DNA of 64,000 nt from the human T2T-CHM13v2.0 reference genome, Homo sapiens. The stretch lies in assembly GCF_009914755.1 (NCBI RefSeq), contig NC_060947.1. One strand, given 5' to 3'. This document shows positions 1 through 12,411 of this stretch, piece after piece (the stretch's first letter is position 1; each line of letters starts with the position of its first letter). The position numbers and the translations under genes were made by a program. Below the pieces are notes generated by a model. The model was given only the letters and a program-made list of their open reading frames with translations, ran no database searches and was not told the origin of the DNA.

Positions 1-113
1 GCCATAAGCCAAGATAGGCACTCACTAGGAGAGCCCTGAGGCTGAAGGGAGGGAGTTAGGCTTGGTATGTGTGTCAGGTGATACACTGTGAGGAGGTAAA
101 ACCAAAATGCGTA

Positions 114-752
114 TGTGGGGGCCAAGGCCTTCCGCCCCCTAAAGGTTCACTGAAAAATCACTGACATGAGGCAGATGAATTAATAGCAGAAAAAGTATAG
201 AAGTTTATTTAACGTGTATATACAGGACCCTTCAGAATGAAGATCCAAAGATACAGGGGAAATTGTGCATTTTTATGCTTAGGTTCAACAGAGTAGACAG
301 TCATATAGGCATATGATAGGACAAAAAGGCTATGATCAAATGCTGATAGAATGAGTAGGGAAACCCAACAGGGCCTGTCTAGATTCTTCTAGGCCTCTCT
401 GAGCACACATTCCTTCGTTCTGGCTGTGGGGCAGGGCCCTGTCTGGAACATGGGTCTTATGACCTACAGTCAAACAAGGTAGGCCAGATAATTTCTTTAT
501 GGTCAATTTTTACACAGAAAGGTGGAGGGAAAGTTAGGGTAATATTTTTAGGTTTTATGGCTGGCTTTCAGGAAAAGGGGTTCTGGTGTCCATAACCTGT
601 TTTGGGGAAGAGCGATTCTAGTTTCCTTGGCTAGCCTTGGGGGAGAATGGGACTGAGAGACAGGAGGGCAGGAGAAGGTCAGAGAAAAACTTTTGCTTTT
701 GAGGCTGCTTCTGAGGCCTTCACTTGAGGGTATTGTTTTCTGAGCTCCAACA
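114..752 (-). mobile_element. MER39-like ERV1 solo LTR
   Basis: Reverse complement starts TGTTGGAGCTCAGAAAACAATACCCTCAAGTGAAGGCCTCAGAAGCAGCCTC and ends GGCCCCCACA; TG...CA termini. Confidence 0.8.
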
Positions 753-861
753 CAGAACAAGTAATGTATTGCTTATAGATCCCAGAGAGGTTAGGGGTGC
801 CAGCAGGAGGTCAATGGGACGTCAGGAGGCCATAGGGAGCTCAACTAGTGGGTGGAGAGTT

Positions 862-909
862 AGAGACAGAGAGAGAGCGAGAGCGAGAGAGAGAGAGAGA
901 GAGAGAGAG
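862..909. repeat. (GA)n microsatellite, interrupted
   Basis: agagacagagagagagcgagagcgagagagagagag... Confidence 0.95.
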
Positions 910-1374
910 AACTTATAGGACTATGCATTTATTAAGGTCCATGGGCATTATCCCTTAGGCTTTCCAACGGGGGGCTGTGGATTGGCTAGTTTAAGAAAAC
1001 ATGAACAAAGCGGGGAACTTATTGACATGACTCTGGCATTGACCAACCATTAGGTTTTATGGTGGTCAGCAGCTGTGGAATGTGTTGGGGTCAGTGAGAT
1101 GAGGAACAAGTGAGCCATATGGCAAACAACTACACAGTGAGGGGAGATTTCAACTAGGCTAAATGTGATGGGGTATGACTGAGTTTCCAGCAACTTATCT
1201 CAGGCCTAAAAATGGATGCTGAGGCAGGAACTATATTAAATTTATGACGCAGGTTAAAATAAAAGGAAATCACATCTAGGCACATCATTGTCAAACTACT
1301 AAAAACAAAATACATATATAATTTATCTATGCATTCATGTATCTATGTATTTATGTATCTATTATCTATTTATA

Positions 1375-1815
1375 GGTAGTGAGCCATGTGATTTGTTGCC
1401 AAGATCCTCCTCAGGTTCGGAGCCAAAGGATTTAATTTTCAAGTTATTAGAAGTAATCTTGACTGAGCCTTCAACTTTCAGCCCTTTCCAGAAATTGTCC
1501 TTATTGGACAGAGATAACTTCAAGGTCACAACTTCTTTCTGGGAACAGTCTATTTCCAATTACTAGTGTCAATATGAGAATATCAACCCTTGGTTCCCTC
1601 AATGTATTGTCAAACAAGTTTGAAAGTTTATCCCAGTTTCATGACTCCCTAGGCTAGGCTAAGGCCTTTGTTGAGACTGCTTTACATCCTAGCTTCTCTA
1701 CCAAATCTTGCTCCCTTTTTTTCTGCAGTTATTAATCCTAAGAATATCCCCAATAAAATTCCTGTACAGGAATCTTCATCTAAGAGTCTGCTTCCCCACA
1801 AAACCAAACTATATA
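1375..1815 (+). mobile_element. LTR16C-like ERVL LTR
   Basis: ggctaaggcctttgttgagactgc and caataaaattcctgtacaggaatcttcatctaagagtctgcttcccc resemble the LTR16C 3' half. Confidence 0.7.
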
Positions 1816-2365
1816 TGCAACAATATATGTATACACGTGTGTGCATTGTTTATAAGACTATTGACACTGAAAATCAATAATAATAGTGTATTTGTGGAGT
1901 ATATAACACATATAGAAAAATATTTTGAAAAAATAACCCAATAATTGGAAATGGATAATTGAAATTATACTGTTTGAAGGTTCGTACGTTGTCTGTGAGG
2001 TAATATGATGTTACTTGAAGATAGATGATGATAAATTAAAGATTTTATTCCATTTCCTAGAGTACTCATTTAAAAATACTAAAAGTATTCAATTTAAACA
2101 TAAAAAGGAGGAAAAGGAGGAACAGAGGAAAAAAGGACAAATGAGACAAATACCCAGCGGTAGGTTTTTAACAAAACATATTAAGAATTACAGTAAATAT
2201 GAAAAGAGAAATGATCCACTTAGCAGGCAGTGATTGTCAGACTGGATAAAAAAATCAAGATGCAACTCTGCTGTTTATTTAGAAAAAAACATGTTATGAA
2301 AAAGCTACAGAAAGACTGAAAGGGGAAAGGGGTAATGATAAAGCACAAAGCATAAGAAAACCTAT

Positions 2366-3077
2366 TGAGGTAGGAGATCAGCAGGACTTGTTTTCTCAGC
2401 ACTGGTCATGATCCTGCTGACCTAAATAGGATGTAGCAAAGAAACCAGCCCAAACCAGCTAGGACTTAGAATTGTAATACATTTGCATAGGACAATCCCA
2501 CCAATGCCATGACAGTTAATAAATGCCATGGCAATGGCCCAGAAATTGCCTTATATGGTTCTGGGAACTCCTCACCCCTTTTCCAGAAAGTTCATAAATA
2601 ACCCTTATTTTGCATAAAATTAAGAGTGTGTATAAATATAGCTAGCCAGCAATCCATGAGTGCTACTCTGTGCTACCCTGCCTATGAAATAACCCTGCTC
2701 TGTCTATAGAGGAGCCATTTTGCTATACACTGTTGCTCTAATAAACTTGCTTTCTTCTCATCGTCAGATCACTGTTTTTTTTCTAAATTTATTTTATTTA
2801 TTTTTAATCTATTTATTTATTTATTTATTTTGAGACTGGGTTATGAGACTGGCTAATTTTTATATTTTTTGTAGAGATGGGGTTTTGCCACGTTGCTCAG
2901 GATGGTCTCGATCAAACTCCTGAGTTGAGGCAATCCACCCGCCTCAGCCTCCCAAAGTTCTGGGATTATAGGCGTGAGCCACCATGCCTGGCCTGTTGGC
3001 TCACTCTTGAATTCTTTCCTGAGGGAAGCCAAGAACCATCCCCAGCTGAGCCCTAATTTGGAGGTTTGTCAGCATCA
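2366..3077 (+). mobile_element. MER66-like ERV1 solo LTR containing an Alu
   Basis: Starts TGAGGTAGGAGATCAGCAGGACTTG, ends AGCATCA; exact 4-bp TSD CTAT at 2362-2365 and 3078-3081; TATAAATA and AATAAA present. Confidence 0.85.
2775..2993 (-). mobile_element. Alu: left arm and linker present, almost all of the right arm missing
   Basis: Reverse complement GGCCAGGCATGGTGGCTCACGCC...AAAAATTAGCCAGTCTCATAACCCAGTCTCAAAATAAATAAA; degenerate TSD cgtcagatcact / tgttggctcact. Confidence 0.9.
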
Positions 3078-3132
3078 CTATGGCTATACTAATATCAGAT
3101 AAAATAGAATTCAAGGCAAGGAGTATTACTCG

Positions 3133-3656
3133 TGAAAGAAATTGAAATATTTTACCCCAAAACATCTATCTTTTTGACATATTTTGAAGTGGTCCTGCAA
3201 AGCTGTTTTTGTGGGAGAAATTTGCATCTGTGGATCTGTAGAGAATCCACATAATGCAGCCAGCCCTTCTCTTGTCCAGATCTAGGAAAGATTAATTGAG
3301 AGTTTGACACCTTTCAAAGTCTGTAAAGACATATTTACCATCTATTTTGCCACCTGTGAGATTTCAACAGCATAAGGAGACCACCTTTGTTTACTAATCC
3401 TCTTCCTTTCTCCCTCCCATAACCTGTCTTGCCACCAAAGCCTATTTTTATCCATGCTCTGAGCCCGTATTATTTCTACAAACTCAAGATGACATATAGG
3501 CTTCTGTACCCCAATGGGAGATTGGATCTTCGTTCTGAAGGCTCCTGTGTATACACATTACATAAATCTCTATGCCTTTTCTTCTATCCGTCTGCCTTTG
3601 TGAGTTCATTTTTCATTGAACCTACAGAGGACCAAGGGTTTCCCTTGGCCCCTTCA
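3133..3656 (+). mobile_element. MER34-family ERV1 solo LTR
   Basis: Starts TGAAAGAAATTGAAATATTTTACCCCAAAA, ends CCTTGGCCCCTTCA. Confidence 0.75.
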
Positions 3657-4389
3657 CTAATGATAAATGTAAAAGTGTCAAATAATCAAGGAGCACTAAC
3701 AACCAAAACTATGGAGGCACCTAATAAGAGAGTTTCAAATGCAATAAAGAAAAACAGTCTGGAATAAAGTGAGAAGAAAAAGTCACAAACATACTTAGAA
3801 AATTCCACACCCTGCCTTAGTAATTGTCAGAACAATTAGCCAAAAAGTCAGTAGCAATATAGATTATTTGAAAAATGCTATCAATAAACATGATATAAAC
3901 AGTTATACCACACTTCAATATGCCTAGGAGCTGCAAAATACATATATTCCTTATTATTACGCATGGAATGTTCACCAAGATAGACTTTATGTAGGCAATA
4001 AAACACATATCAATATATTTCAAGTGATTTATATCTGACAGGACGTATTCTCTGGCCACAACAGAATTAAATCAGAAATAATAACTGAATATAAATTATC
4101 TAGAAAATTACTAATATTTATAAATTAAGCAGTATATTTCTAAATAATTAAAGGGTCAAATATGAAATTCCAAGGGAAATGAGAAAATATCTAGAACTGC
4201 ATAATAATGGAACGGTAAGGAAAACAACATATCAGAATTTGTGGAATGCAGCTAAATCAGTAAGGAATTTTAAACAATTCCTATACTGGAACATAGAACC
4301 TTTTTAAAATAGTGGTGAAAACTTCTACCTTAAAAAGCCAAGGAGGTGTACTAATTTTAATTCCCAAAAAAGTCAAACTCATAGATGTA

Positions 4390-4440
4390 TTAGGTTGGTG
4401 CAATAGTAATTGCAGCTTTTGCCTTTAAAAGTAATGGTAA
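4390..4440 (+). mobile_element. MADE1 (mariner MITE), about half of the element
   Basis: TA + TTAGGTTGGTGCAATAGTAATTGCAGCTTTTGCC matches the MADE1/HSMAR1 terminal inverted repeat; second TIR absent. Confidence 0.8.
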
Positions 4441-4487
4441 TTTAAAATTTTTTTAAATTTAAAAAATTTTTAAAAAATTTTAAAATA

Positions 4488-4726
4488 CTGCAGTCTGATG
4501 GGCAGTATCTGCCTGGGCTCACTCCACATCACCCCCATGGGACCTGTGGGACAATGGGAACTGATGACAACAGGTAGTTTATACTGCCTGCTATGCCATG
4601 AGTAATGAACTTTTAAAATTCATTTGGGCTTATTGTTTCCTTATAGGCTGAATCTATGAAAATGTGGCCAATAACATAGGAGCCACAGTAGTCACTGCTG
4701 CTTAGAAATAGGTTGATCACATTACA
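4488..4726 (+). mobile_element. ERVL LTR 3' fragment (LTR40-like)
   Basis: ctgcctgctatgccatgagtaatgaac and tctatgaaaatgtggc resemble the recalled LTR40-family 3' end. Confidence 0.45.
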
Positions 4727-5248
4727 GGAAACAAAAAAATCACTCAGCAAATAATAGAAGAGGGAAAACTTTGTGATTTATTTTCAATATTAATTTTACA
4801 AATTTTATAAAATTTGTAATTTATTAACCTGGATTGTAAAATATGATAAGCACACCAGTAAATAAAATTATAGGCCAATATTCCTCATGTACAAAGTTGC
4901 AAAACTATTAATAAAATATTAACAAATCAAATACAGCAATATATAAAATAAAATGTAAAACAAATGTACAGTAGTATCAAATATGTAGCTATATATAACA
5001 GTATAAAAAATGTACATATATTGTAATAAAACTAATGAAAATTGTACAAGATCTTTAAACTGAAAGCTACAAAATTTTTCTGAGAGAAATTTTGTAAGGC
5101 CTATACAAATGAAGAAACATAATCTGTTAATAATTTTCAAGATTAAATATGGTTAAAATGGCCATTTGCTATTAATTGATATGTAAAGAAAATATAATCC
5201 CAATCAAAATCCACATGGAGTTTTTGTAGAAATCAGCAAGTTGATATG

Positions 5249-5429
5249 GCTAAATGACGAGTTAATGGGTGCAGCACACCAACATGGCACATGTATACAT
5301 ATGTAACAAACCTGCACGTTGTGCACATGTACCCTAAAACTTAAAGTATAATAATAATAAAATAAAATAAATAAAATAAAATAAAATAAAATAAAATAAA
5401 AATTATTAGCCCAATGGAAAAAAAAAAAA
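5249..5429 (+). mobile_element. Young L1PA3/4-type 3' end, about 100 bp, with (TAAAA)n tail and a second A-tract
   Basis: gctaaatgacgagttaatgggtgcagcacaccaacatggcac...cctaaaacttaaagtataataat. Confidence 0.95.
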
Positions 5430-5432
5430 GAA

Positions 5433-5575
5433 ATTTGGATTTTATGCTCACTTCCTGGGTGACAGGTTCAATCATACTCCAAACCTCAGCATCACACAAT
5501 ATACCTTTGTAACAAACCTGCACATGTACTTCCAGAATCTAAAATAAAAGTTGAAAAAAATAAATAAAAATAAAA
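5433..5575 (+). mobile_element. L1PA15/16-type 3' end
   Basis: ctgggtgacaggttcaatcatactccaaacctcagcatcacacaatatacctttgtaacaaacctgcac...aatctaaaataaaagttgaaaaa. Confidence 0.85.
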
Positions 5576-6197
5576 ATTAATGTATTTAAAATAAAGTATG
5601 GACAAAAAAATTATATATGGAAATGCAAAGGACAGAATAGCCAAGATAACCTTCAAAAAGACAAAGTTGCAGGACTTACACTACTGATTTCAATACTTAT
5701 TATAAATCTACCTCGAAATTAAGAAGCACTTTTCTGAATTACATTTGAGATTAAAGAAGAAATCAAAATTGAAATTAAATATTTTATTGAATATGCAATT
5801 TTAAAAACCTTCATGCTCAATCCTGTATGTCAAGACTAAAACTATACTCACTGGGAAATGTCTAGATCAACAGACATATATTATTTAAAAAGACAAAGAC
5901 TGAAAAGTTATCCTAATAGTCTAATTCTAAGAGATTAGAAAAAGTACAATGAAGTAAGGAAAGTAAGAGAAGAGAGGCAAAAGAAAAGGCAAGCTGAAAT
6001 TAATGAAGTGGGAAATGATGCTATCAAATTATAGGAAGAATAAATACAACTACACCTGGATCCTTTGAAAAGTCAATAATGTAGATAAACTCATAATAAG
6101 TGTTATTAAAAGAGAAAAGTAACAGGATATGCAAATAAAGGTGGAGTTAGTTATGGGAATTGTCACAGTCCATTCAGGTTGCTATAACAAAATAGCA

Positions 6198-6278
6198 TAG
6201 ACTGAGTGTTTATAAACAATAGAAATTTATTTCTTCCGTAGACTGAGTGTTTATAAACAATAGAAATTTATTTCTTCC
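6198..6278. repeat. Perfect 40-bp tandem duplication (period 41) in the MLT1A LTR
   Basis: tagactgagtgtttataaacaatagaaatttatttcttcc at 6198-6237 and 6239-6278. Confidence 0.97.
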
Positions 6279-6501
6279 ACTTCTGAAGGCTGCAGTTCCA
6301 AGATCAAGACAATTGCAGATTTGATGTCTGGTGAGGGCACACTTTCTGGCTCATAAATGGCACCTTCTAGCTGTGCCCTCACATGGATAGAGGAGCAGGC
6401 TTCTGGTCTCTTCAGCCCCTTATAAGGGTAGTAATCCCATTCATGAGGGCTCCACCTTCATGACCTCATTACCCCCCACAGCTCCGCCTCTTAATAACAT
6501 C

Positions 6502-6564
6502 TACTGTGATCTGAATGTGTCCGCCAGTCTGTGGTGTTCATTGTAGGAGCACAAAACAAAGACA
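6502..6564 (+). mobile_element. 63-bp collapsed MaLR LTR (termini only), antisense to the host MLT1A LTR
   Basis: tactgtgatctgaatgtgtcc resembles the MLT1A 5' end and is joined to ccagtctgtggtgttcattgtaggagcacaaaacaaagaca, resembling the 3' end; host sequence resumes on both sides. Confidence 0.7.
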
Positions 6565-7610
6565 CTGTCACACTTGGGATTAGGTTTCAACATATGAATT
6601 TTGAGGGGGAAGCAAACATAGTATTCCACTTCTGGCTCCCAAAATTCATGTCCTTCTTACATGCAAAATACATTCATTCCATCCCAATCACCCAAAAAAA
6701 TCTTAACCCATTCTAGCATCAACTCAACGTCTAAAGTCCAAAGTGTCATCTACTATCATTTAAGTCAGATATGGGTAAAACCCGAGGTACAATTCATTCT
6801 GAGGTGAATTGCTCTCCGTCTGTGAACCTGCGAAATTAAACATGTTATGTGCTTCCAAAACACAATGGTGGGGCAGGCACAGAATAGACATTCTCAGTCC
6901 CAAAATGAGAAATAGACAAAAAGAAAGGAGTAACAGGTATCAAGTGAATCTGAAATGCACTGGGGAAATAACATTAAATCTTAAGGCTCAAAAATAATCC
7001 TCTTTGGAGAAGTGAGGATTCCACCTTCTAGACCCACTGGGATGGAGGTCTTGCCTTCACAACCCACTGGTATCGTGGCCCTCCCCCGACATCTTTGGGC
7101 ACTATGCCCCCAAGTGGTGGCAGCTCTTGTGCCTGGGCCCTGCCCCTACAGTAGTCTTCTGAGGTGACCTCTCACTTGCTGAGGCTTTTGCACTCTCAGC
7201 CTGTGATGGGAGAGGCAGCCCTAATGATTTCTGAACTACTTTCAAGGTCTTTCATCCATTGTCTTGGACAACAGGTCCTGATTCTCTTTAGATGTCAGAC
7301 TAAACTTATCAGATTGTCGTTTGGCCACACCATCACCACAGCTTGGCATTCTATTGCTAACAAGCTTTCTCATTGTTCACAATAGAGATAGGCTAAGAAT
7401 TGTCCAAATCATTAAGTTCTTCCCTTTTGATTAACAATTCTGTCTTTAAATTATGTCTCTCTTCTCACATTTTACTGTAAGTCATTGAGAGGAAGAGGCC
7501 ACCTCTTTGATACTATGCTTAGATATTTCCTCAGCCATGTATTCAATTTCACCGCTCACAAGTTCTACTTCCTATGAAACACTGGGACTTTAACATAATT
7601 CAGCTAAGTT

Positions 7611-8699
<1,089 letters not shown>

Positions 8700-9123
8700 A
8701 CTTATTTGCCAGTTTATAACAAGAAGGGTCTCTCCTGCATAGTCCAACAACATATTCCTCATTTCTGAGGCCTCATCAGAATGGCCTTTGTCATCCATAT
8801 GTCTACCAACATTCTGTTCCAGATTACTTAGGTATTCTCTAAGAAGATTCAGGCTTTCTCTACACCTGTCCCCTTTTCTTTGAGTCCTAACTAGAATCAC
8901 CCTTAACAGTCTGTTAATCTCAGTGTAGGCTTTTTCTAGCGTGCACCTCAAAACTGTTCCAGCCTCTACCCATTACCTGTTTTTAAAACTGCTCCCACAT
9001 TTTTAGGCATCTGTTAACAGTAGTACCTCCAATTCTTGGTATAAATTTGCTATCTTAGTATGTTCAGCCTGCTATAACAAAATACCATAGACTTGAGTGG
9101 CTTATAAACATCATCAGAAATTT

Positions 9124-11369
9124 GGGCTGTAAGCATTGGAGGAGGCTATGGGTCAGGAGATAATTCTTGACTTCTGTGCACCTGCAGGCCTAATACCATG
9201 TGTAAGCCACCAAGGCTTCGGGCTTGCGGCCTCTGAAGCAATGGTCTGAGCTGCACATTGGCCCCTTTTAGCCAGGCTGGAGCTGAAGCAGCTGGGATAC
9301 TGAGCACCAGTCCTGAGGCTGCATAGAGGAGGGGGGCAGGGGCCCTCGGCCTGGCCCACAAAACAATTTTTCCTTCCTATGCCTTAAGGCCTGTGATGGG
9401 AGGGGCTGGTGTGAAGGTCTCTGATATGCCCTGGAGATATTTTCCCCATTGTCTTAGTAATTAACATTCATCTCCTCATTACTTATGCAAATTTCTGCAG
9501 CCAGCTTGAATTTCTCACCCCAAAATGGGGTTTTATTTTCTATCTCATCATCAGGCTGCAAATTTTCCAAACTTTTATGCTCTGCTTCCTCTTGAACACT
9601 TTGCCACTTAGAAATTTCTTCTCTCAGATACTCTTAATCATCTTTCTCAAGTTCAAAGTTCCACAGATCTCTAAGGCAGAGGCAAAAAGCCACCAGTCTT
9701 TTTGCATAGCAAAAGTGACCTTTACTCCAGTTTCCAACAAGTTCCTTATCTCCATCTGAGACCACCTCGGCTTGGACTTCATTGTCCATATCACTATCAG
9801 CATTTTGGTCAAAGCCATTCAACAAATCTCTAGGAAGTTCCAAACATTCTCACATCTTCCTGTCTTCTGACCCTCCAAGTATCTAGGAAGTTCCAAACTT
9901 TCCCACATATTTCTATCTTCTTCTGAGCCTTCCAAACTTCCTGTTACCCAGTTCCATGGTCAATCCCACATTTTTGGGTATGCTTATAGTGGCACCCCAC
10001 TCTCTGTAGTACCAATTTACTATATTAGTTCGTTCTCATGCTGCTATAAGGACATACCTGAGACTGTATAATTTATGAAGAAGTTTGATTGACTCACAAT
10101 TCCGCAGGGCTAGGGAGGCCTCATGAAACTTATAATCATGGTGGCGGGGGAAGCAAACATGTTCTTCTCATAGCAACAGGCAGGGGAAGAAAGAAAGCCA
10201 AGAGAAGGGGGAAGCCCCGTATAAAACCATCAGATCTCATGAGAACTTACTCACTATCGTGAGAATAGCATGAGGGCAACGGCCCCCATGATTCAATTAC
10301 CTCCCACCGGGTCCCTCCCATGACACATGGGGATTATGGGAACTACAAGTCAAGATGAAATTTGGCTGGGGACACAGCAAAACCATGTCAGTCTTGTTAG
10401 AGGATCTTACTTTAGTTAAACATCTCATTACAGAAGTTACATGTAAATGTTGAAAAGAAACTATGTGAGTGGGTTCAGATGATAACACAGTATTTTGAAT
10501 ACTGGCTTCCTTTCTTGAAGGCTTGATTTTCCTAGTGACCAAATTACTAGTGACTAATTCACCAACTAGGTCATTCAGGGAAGTCAAGTTAACACAAAAG
10601 AAACATGTCACCTAAATGCGCTTGATGGTGTTAAAATGTCCACCTTCTTAAACTGCTAAGATGAAATTAGTTCTAGAGAAGATAGCAGGCCAACCCTGAA
10701 GTCCTCCCAGTTTGCTGCAGAATCTCACACGTTTTGGATGTTAGAGTCCTGTTTACCCCAGTTAATATAAATTTTTTTTGCCTGTCTTGTGGACTGGCTG
10801 TTTTAGAACTCTGTCAAAAAAGTGCATGGAATATAATTTGTAAAGCCACTCACAACTGAAAGTATATGTGTGTGTGTTTAAACCAAATTTAGAAAGCATA
10901 CAGTAGAGCTGCATAGTAGTGGTATTTATTAAAGAATCACAATTGTAAACATGAGAACAACTTAATTATGAATTCTAGTTTAGTTCTTTTGTAATTGTAA
11001 AATTATACTTTTGCTGCTGTTATAGTAGAATAATTTTCAAATGTCATCTTGAAATAGAAATGCGTATTTTAAGCACTAATGCAAAGGTAAATAAAGAACA
11101 CTTTTTAAATGTGTACACTGTTTATTTTCTCCATAAGAACTGTAAATATTAAACTAAACAAATTACCTATAATAGAATTAATGATTTATGAGCAAGTTGG
11201 TTTTACCAGACAACATACACAAACTTTGATATACTACAGAATGCTTTATTACACTTGTGAAATTCTCTTGCCTAACCTGAATTTGCATTCCATGGGGCTA
11301 ACATGGTATATGTGTTGTATGTGTTGTTATTAAAGTACATTACCATGTCAAAAACTAAAAATAAATAAA
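9124..11369 (+). pseudogene. Processed retrocopy of an unidentified mRNA: about 960 bp of 3'UTR-like sequence (10391-11349) plus a 38-bp 5' remnant (9124-9161), interrupted by THE1
   Basis: Non-repeat-like AU-rich sequence; ATTAAA at 11329-11334; decayed poly(A) from 11350; TSD catcagaaattt (9112-9123) / cattagaaattt (11370-11381) splitting the MLT1A LTR. Confidence 0.8.
9162..10390 (-). mobile_element. THE1 (C/D-like) LTR 10021-10390 plus truncated internal region 9162-10020
   Basis: THE1 LTR motifs ataaaaccatcagatctcatgagaact and gggacacagcaaaaccatgtca; the internal region gives the ORF MELPRDLLNGFDQNADSDMDNEVQAEVVSDGD typical of THE1/MST internal sequence. Confidence 0.92.
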
Positions 11370-11682
11370 CATTAGAAATTTATTTCTCACAGTTCTGGAA
11401 ACTGGAAGTCCAAGATCAAGGTGCCAACACAGTTAGGTTCTGGTGAGGGCTGGCTTCCAGACTTCAAACTTCTGGCTGTGCCCTCACATGGCAGAAAGAA
11501 CGGAGCTTTCTTGGGCCTCTTTTCTGAGGGCACTAATCCTATACATGAGGGCTGTGCCCTTATGACCTTATCAGCTCCTAAAGGCCACACCTCTTAATAC
11601 CATCACCTTGGAGCAGTAGGATTTCAATATGTGAATTTAGGGAAGACATAAACAATCAGACTACAGCAGGAATGTAAGGATA

Positions 11683-12411
11683 TGTATTAGGCTGTTCTTG
11701 CATTGCTATAAAAAAGTAACTGAGGTTGGGTAATTATAAAGAAAAGAGATTTAATTGGCTCACATTTCTGCAGGCTTTACAGGAAGCATGGTGCAGACAT
11801 CTGCTTCTGGTAAGGCCTCAAGGAGCTTTTACTAATGGCGGAATATGAACTAGGAGGAGGCATGCCACATGATGAGAGAGGGAGCAAGAGAGAGAAGGAG
11901 GAAGGAGGCGTTCCCAGAATCTTTTTTTTTTTTTTTGAGACAGTCCCACTGTGTCACCCAGGCTGGAGTACAGTGGCGCGATCTCGGCTCACTACAACCT
12001 CTGCTTCTCAGGTTCAAGTGATTCTTCCACCTCAGCCTCCCGGTAACTGGGATTATAGGTGTGTATCACCACACCCAGCTTTGTATTTTTAGTAGAGATG
12101 GGGTTTTGCCATTTTGGCCAGGCTAGTCTCAAACTCCTGATCTCAAGTGATCCACCCACCGTGGCCTCCCAAAGTGCTAGGATTACAGGTGTGAGCCACC
12201 ACGCCTGGTCTGGTCCCAGACTCTTCTAAACAACCAGATATCTTGTGAACTAACTGAGCAAGAACTCACTTATCACCAAAGGGAGGGTGCTAAACCATTC
12301 ATGAGGAATCTACCCCCATGATCGAATCACCTCCCACCAGGCCACACCTCCAATATTGGGACTCACATTTCAACATGAGATTTGGAGGGGACACATATCC
12401 AAACCACATCA
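11683..12411 (-). mobile_element. MSTA-like solo LTR containing an Alu
   Basis: tgtattaggctgttcttgcattgctata...ccaaaccacatca; exact 5-bp TSD GGATA at 11678-11682 and 12412-12416. Confidence 0.9.
11922..12210 (-). mobile_element. AluS
   Basis: Full dimeric Alu with poly(T); TSD tcccagaatctt / tcccagactctt. Confidence 0.95.

Larger units (their letters stand above)
1..1249 (-). mobile_element. MER76-like ERVL LTR, split by a MER39-like LTR (pieces 1-113 and 753-1249); runs off the window start
   Basis: Reverse complement begins GTCATAAATTTAATATAGTTCCTGCCTCAGCATCCATTTTTAGGCCTGA and continues to CAGGGCTCTCCTAGTGAGTGCCTATCTTGG, resembling recalled MER76; internal (GA)n tract. Confidence 0.7.
1255..6155 (+). 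mobile_element. Old, highly decayed L1M (ORF1 to ORF2 fragments) hosting many younger insertions; further fragment at about 12417-12530
   Basis: L1-like motifs cacatcattgtcaaact, gattgtcagactggataaaaaa, gaatttgtggaatgcagctaaa, aaattataggccaatattcctcatg, tatatggaaatgcaaagg; A-rich strand bias; no long ORF. Confidence 0.75.

Noticed and set aside
9146-9843. Cluster of ORFs including MELPRDLLNGFDQNADSD
   Set aside because: Fragments of the THE1/MST internal ORF, frameshifted and truncated.
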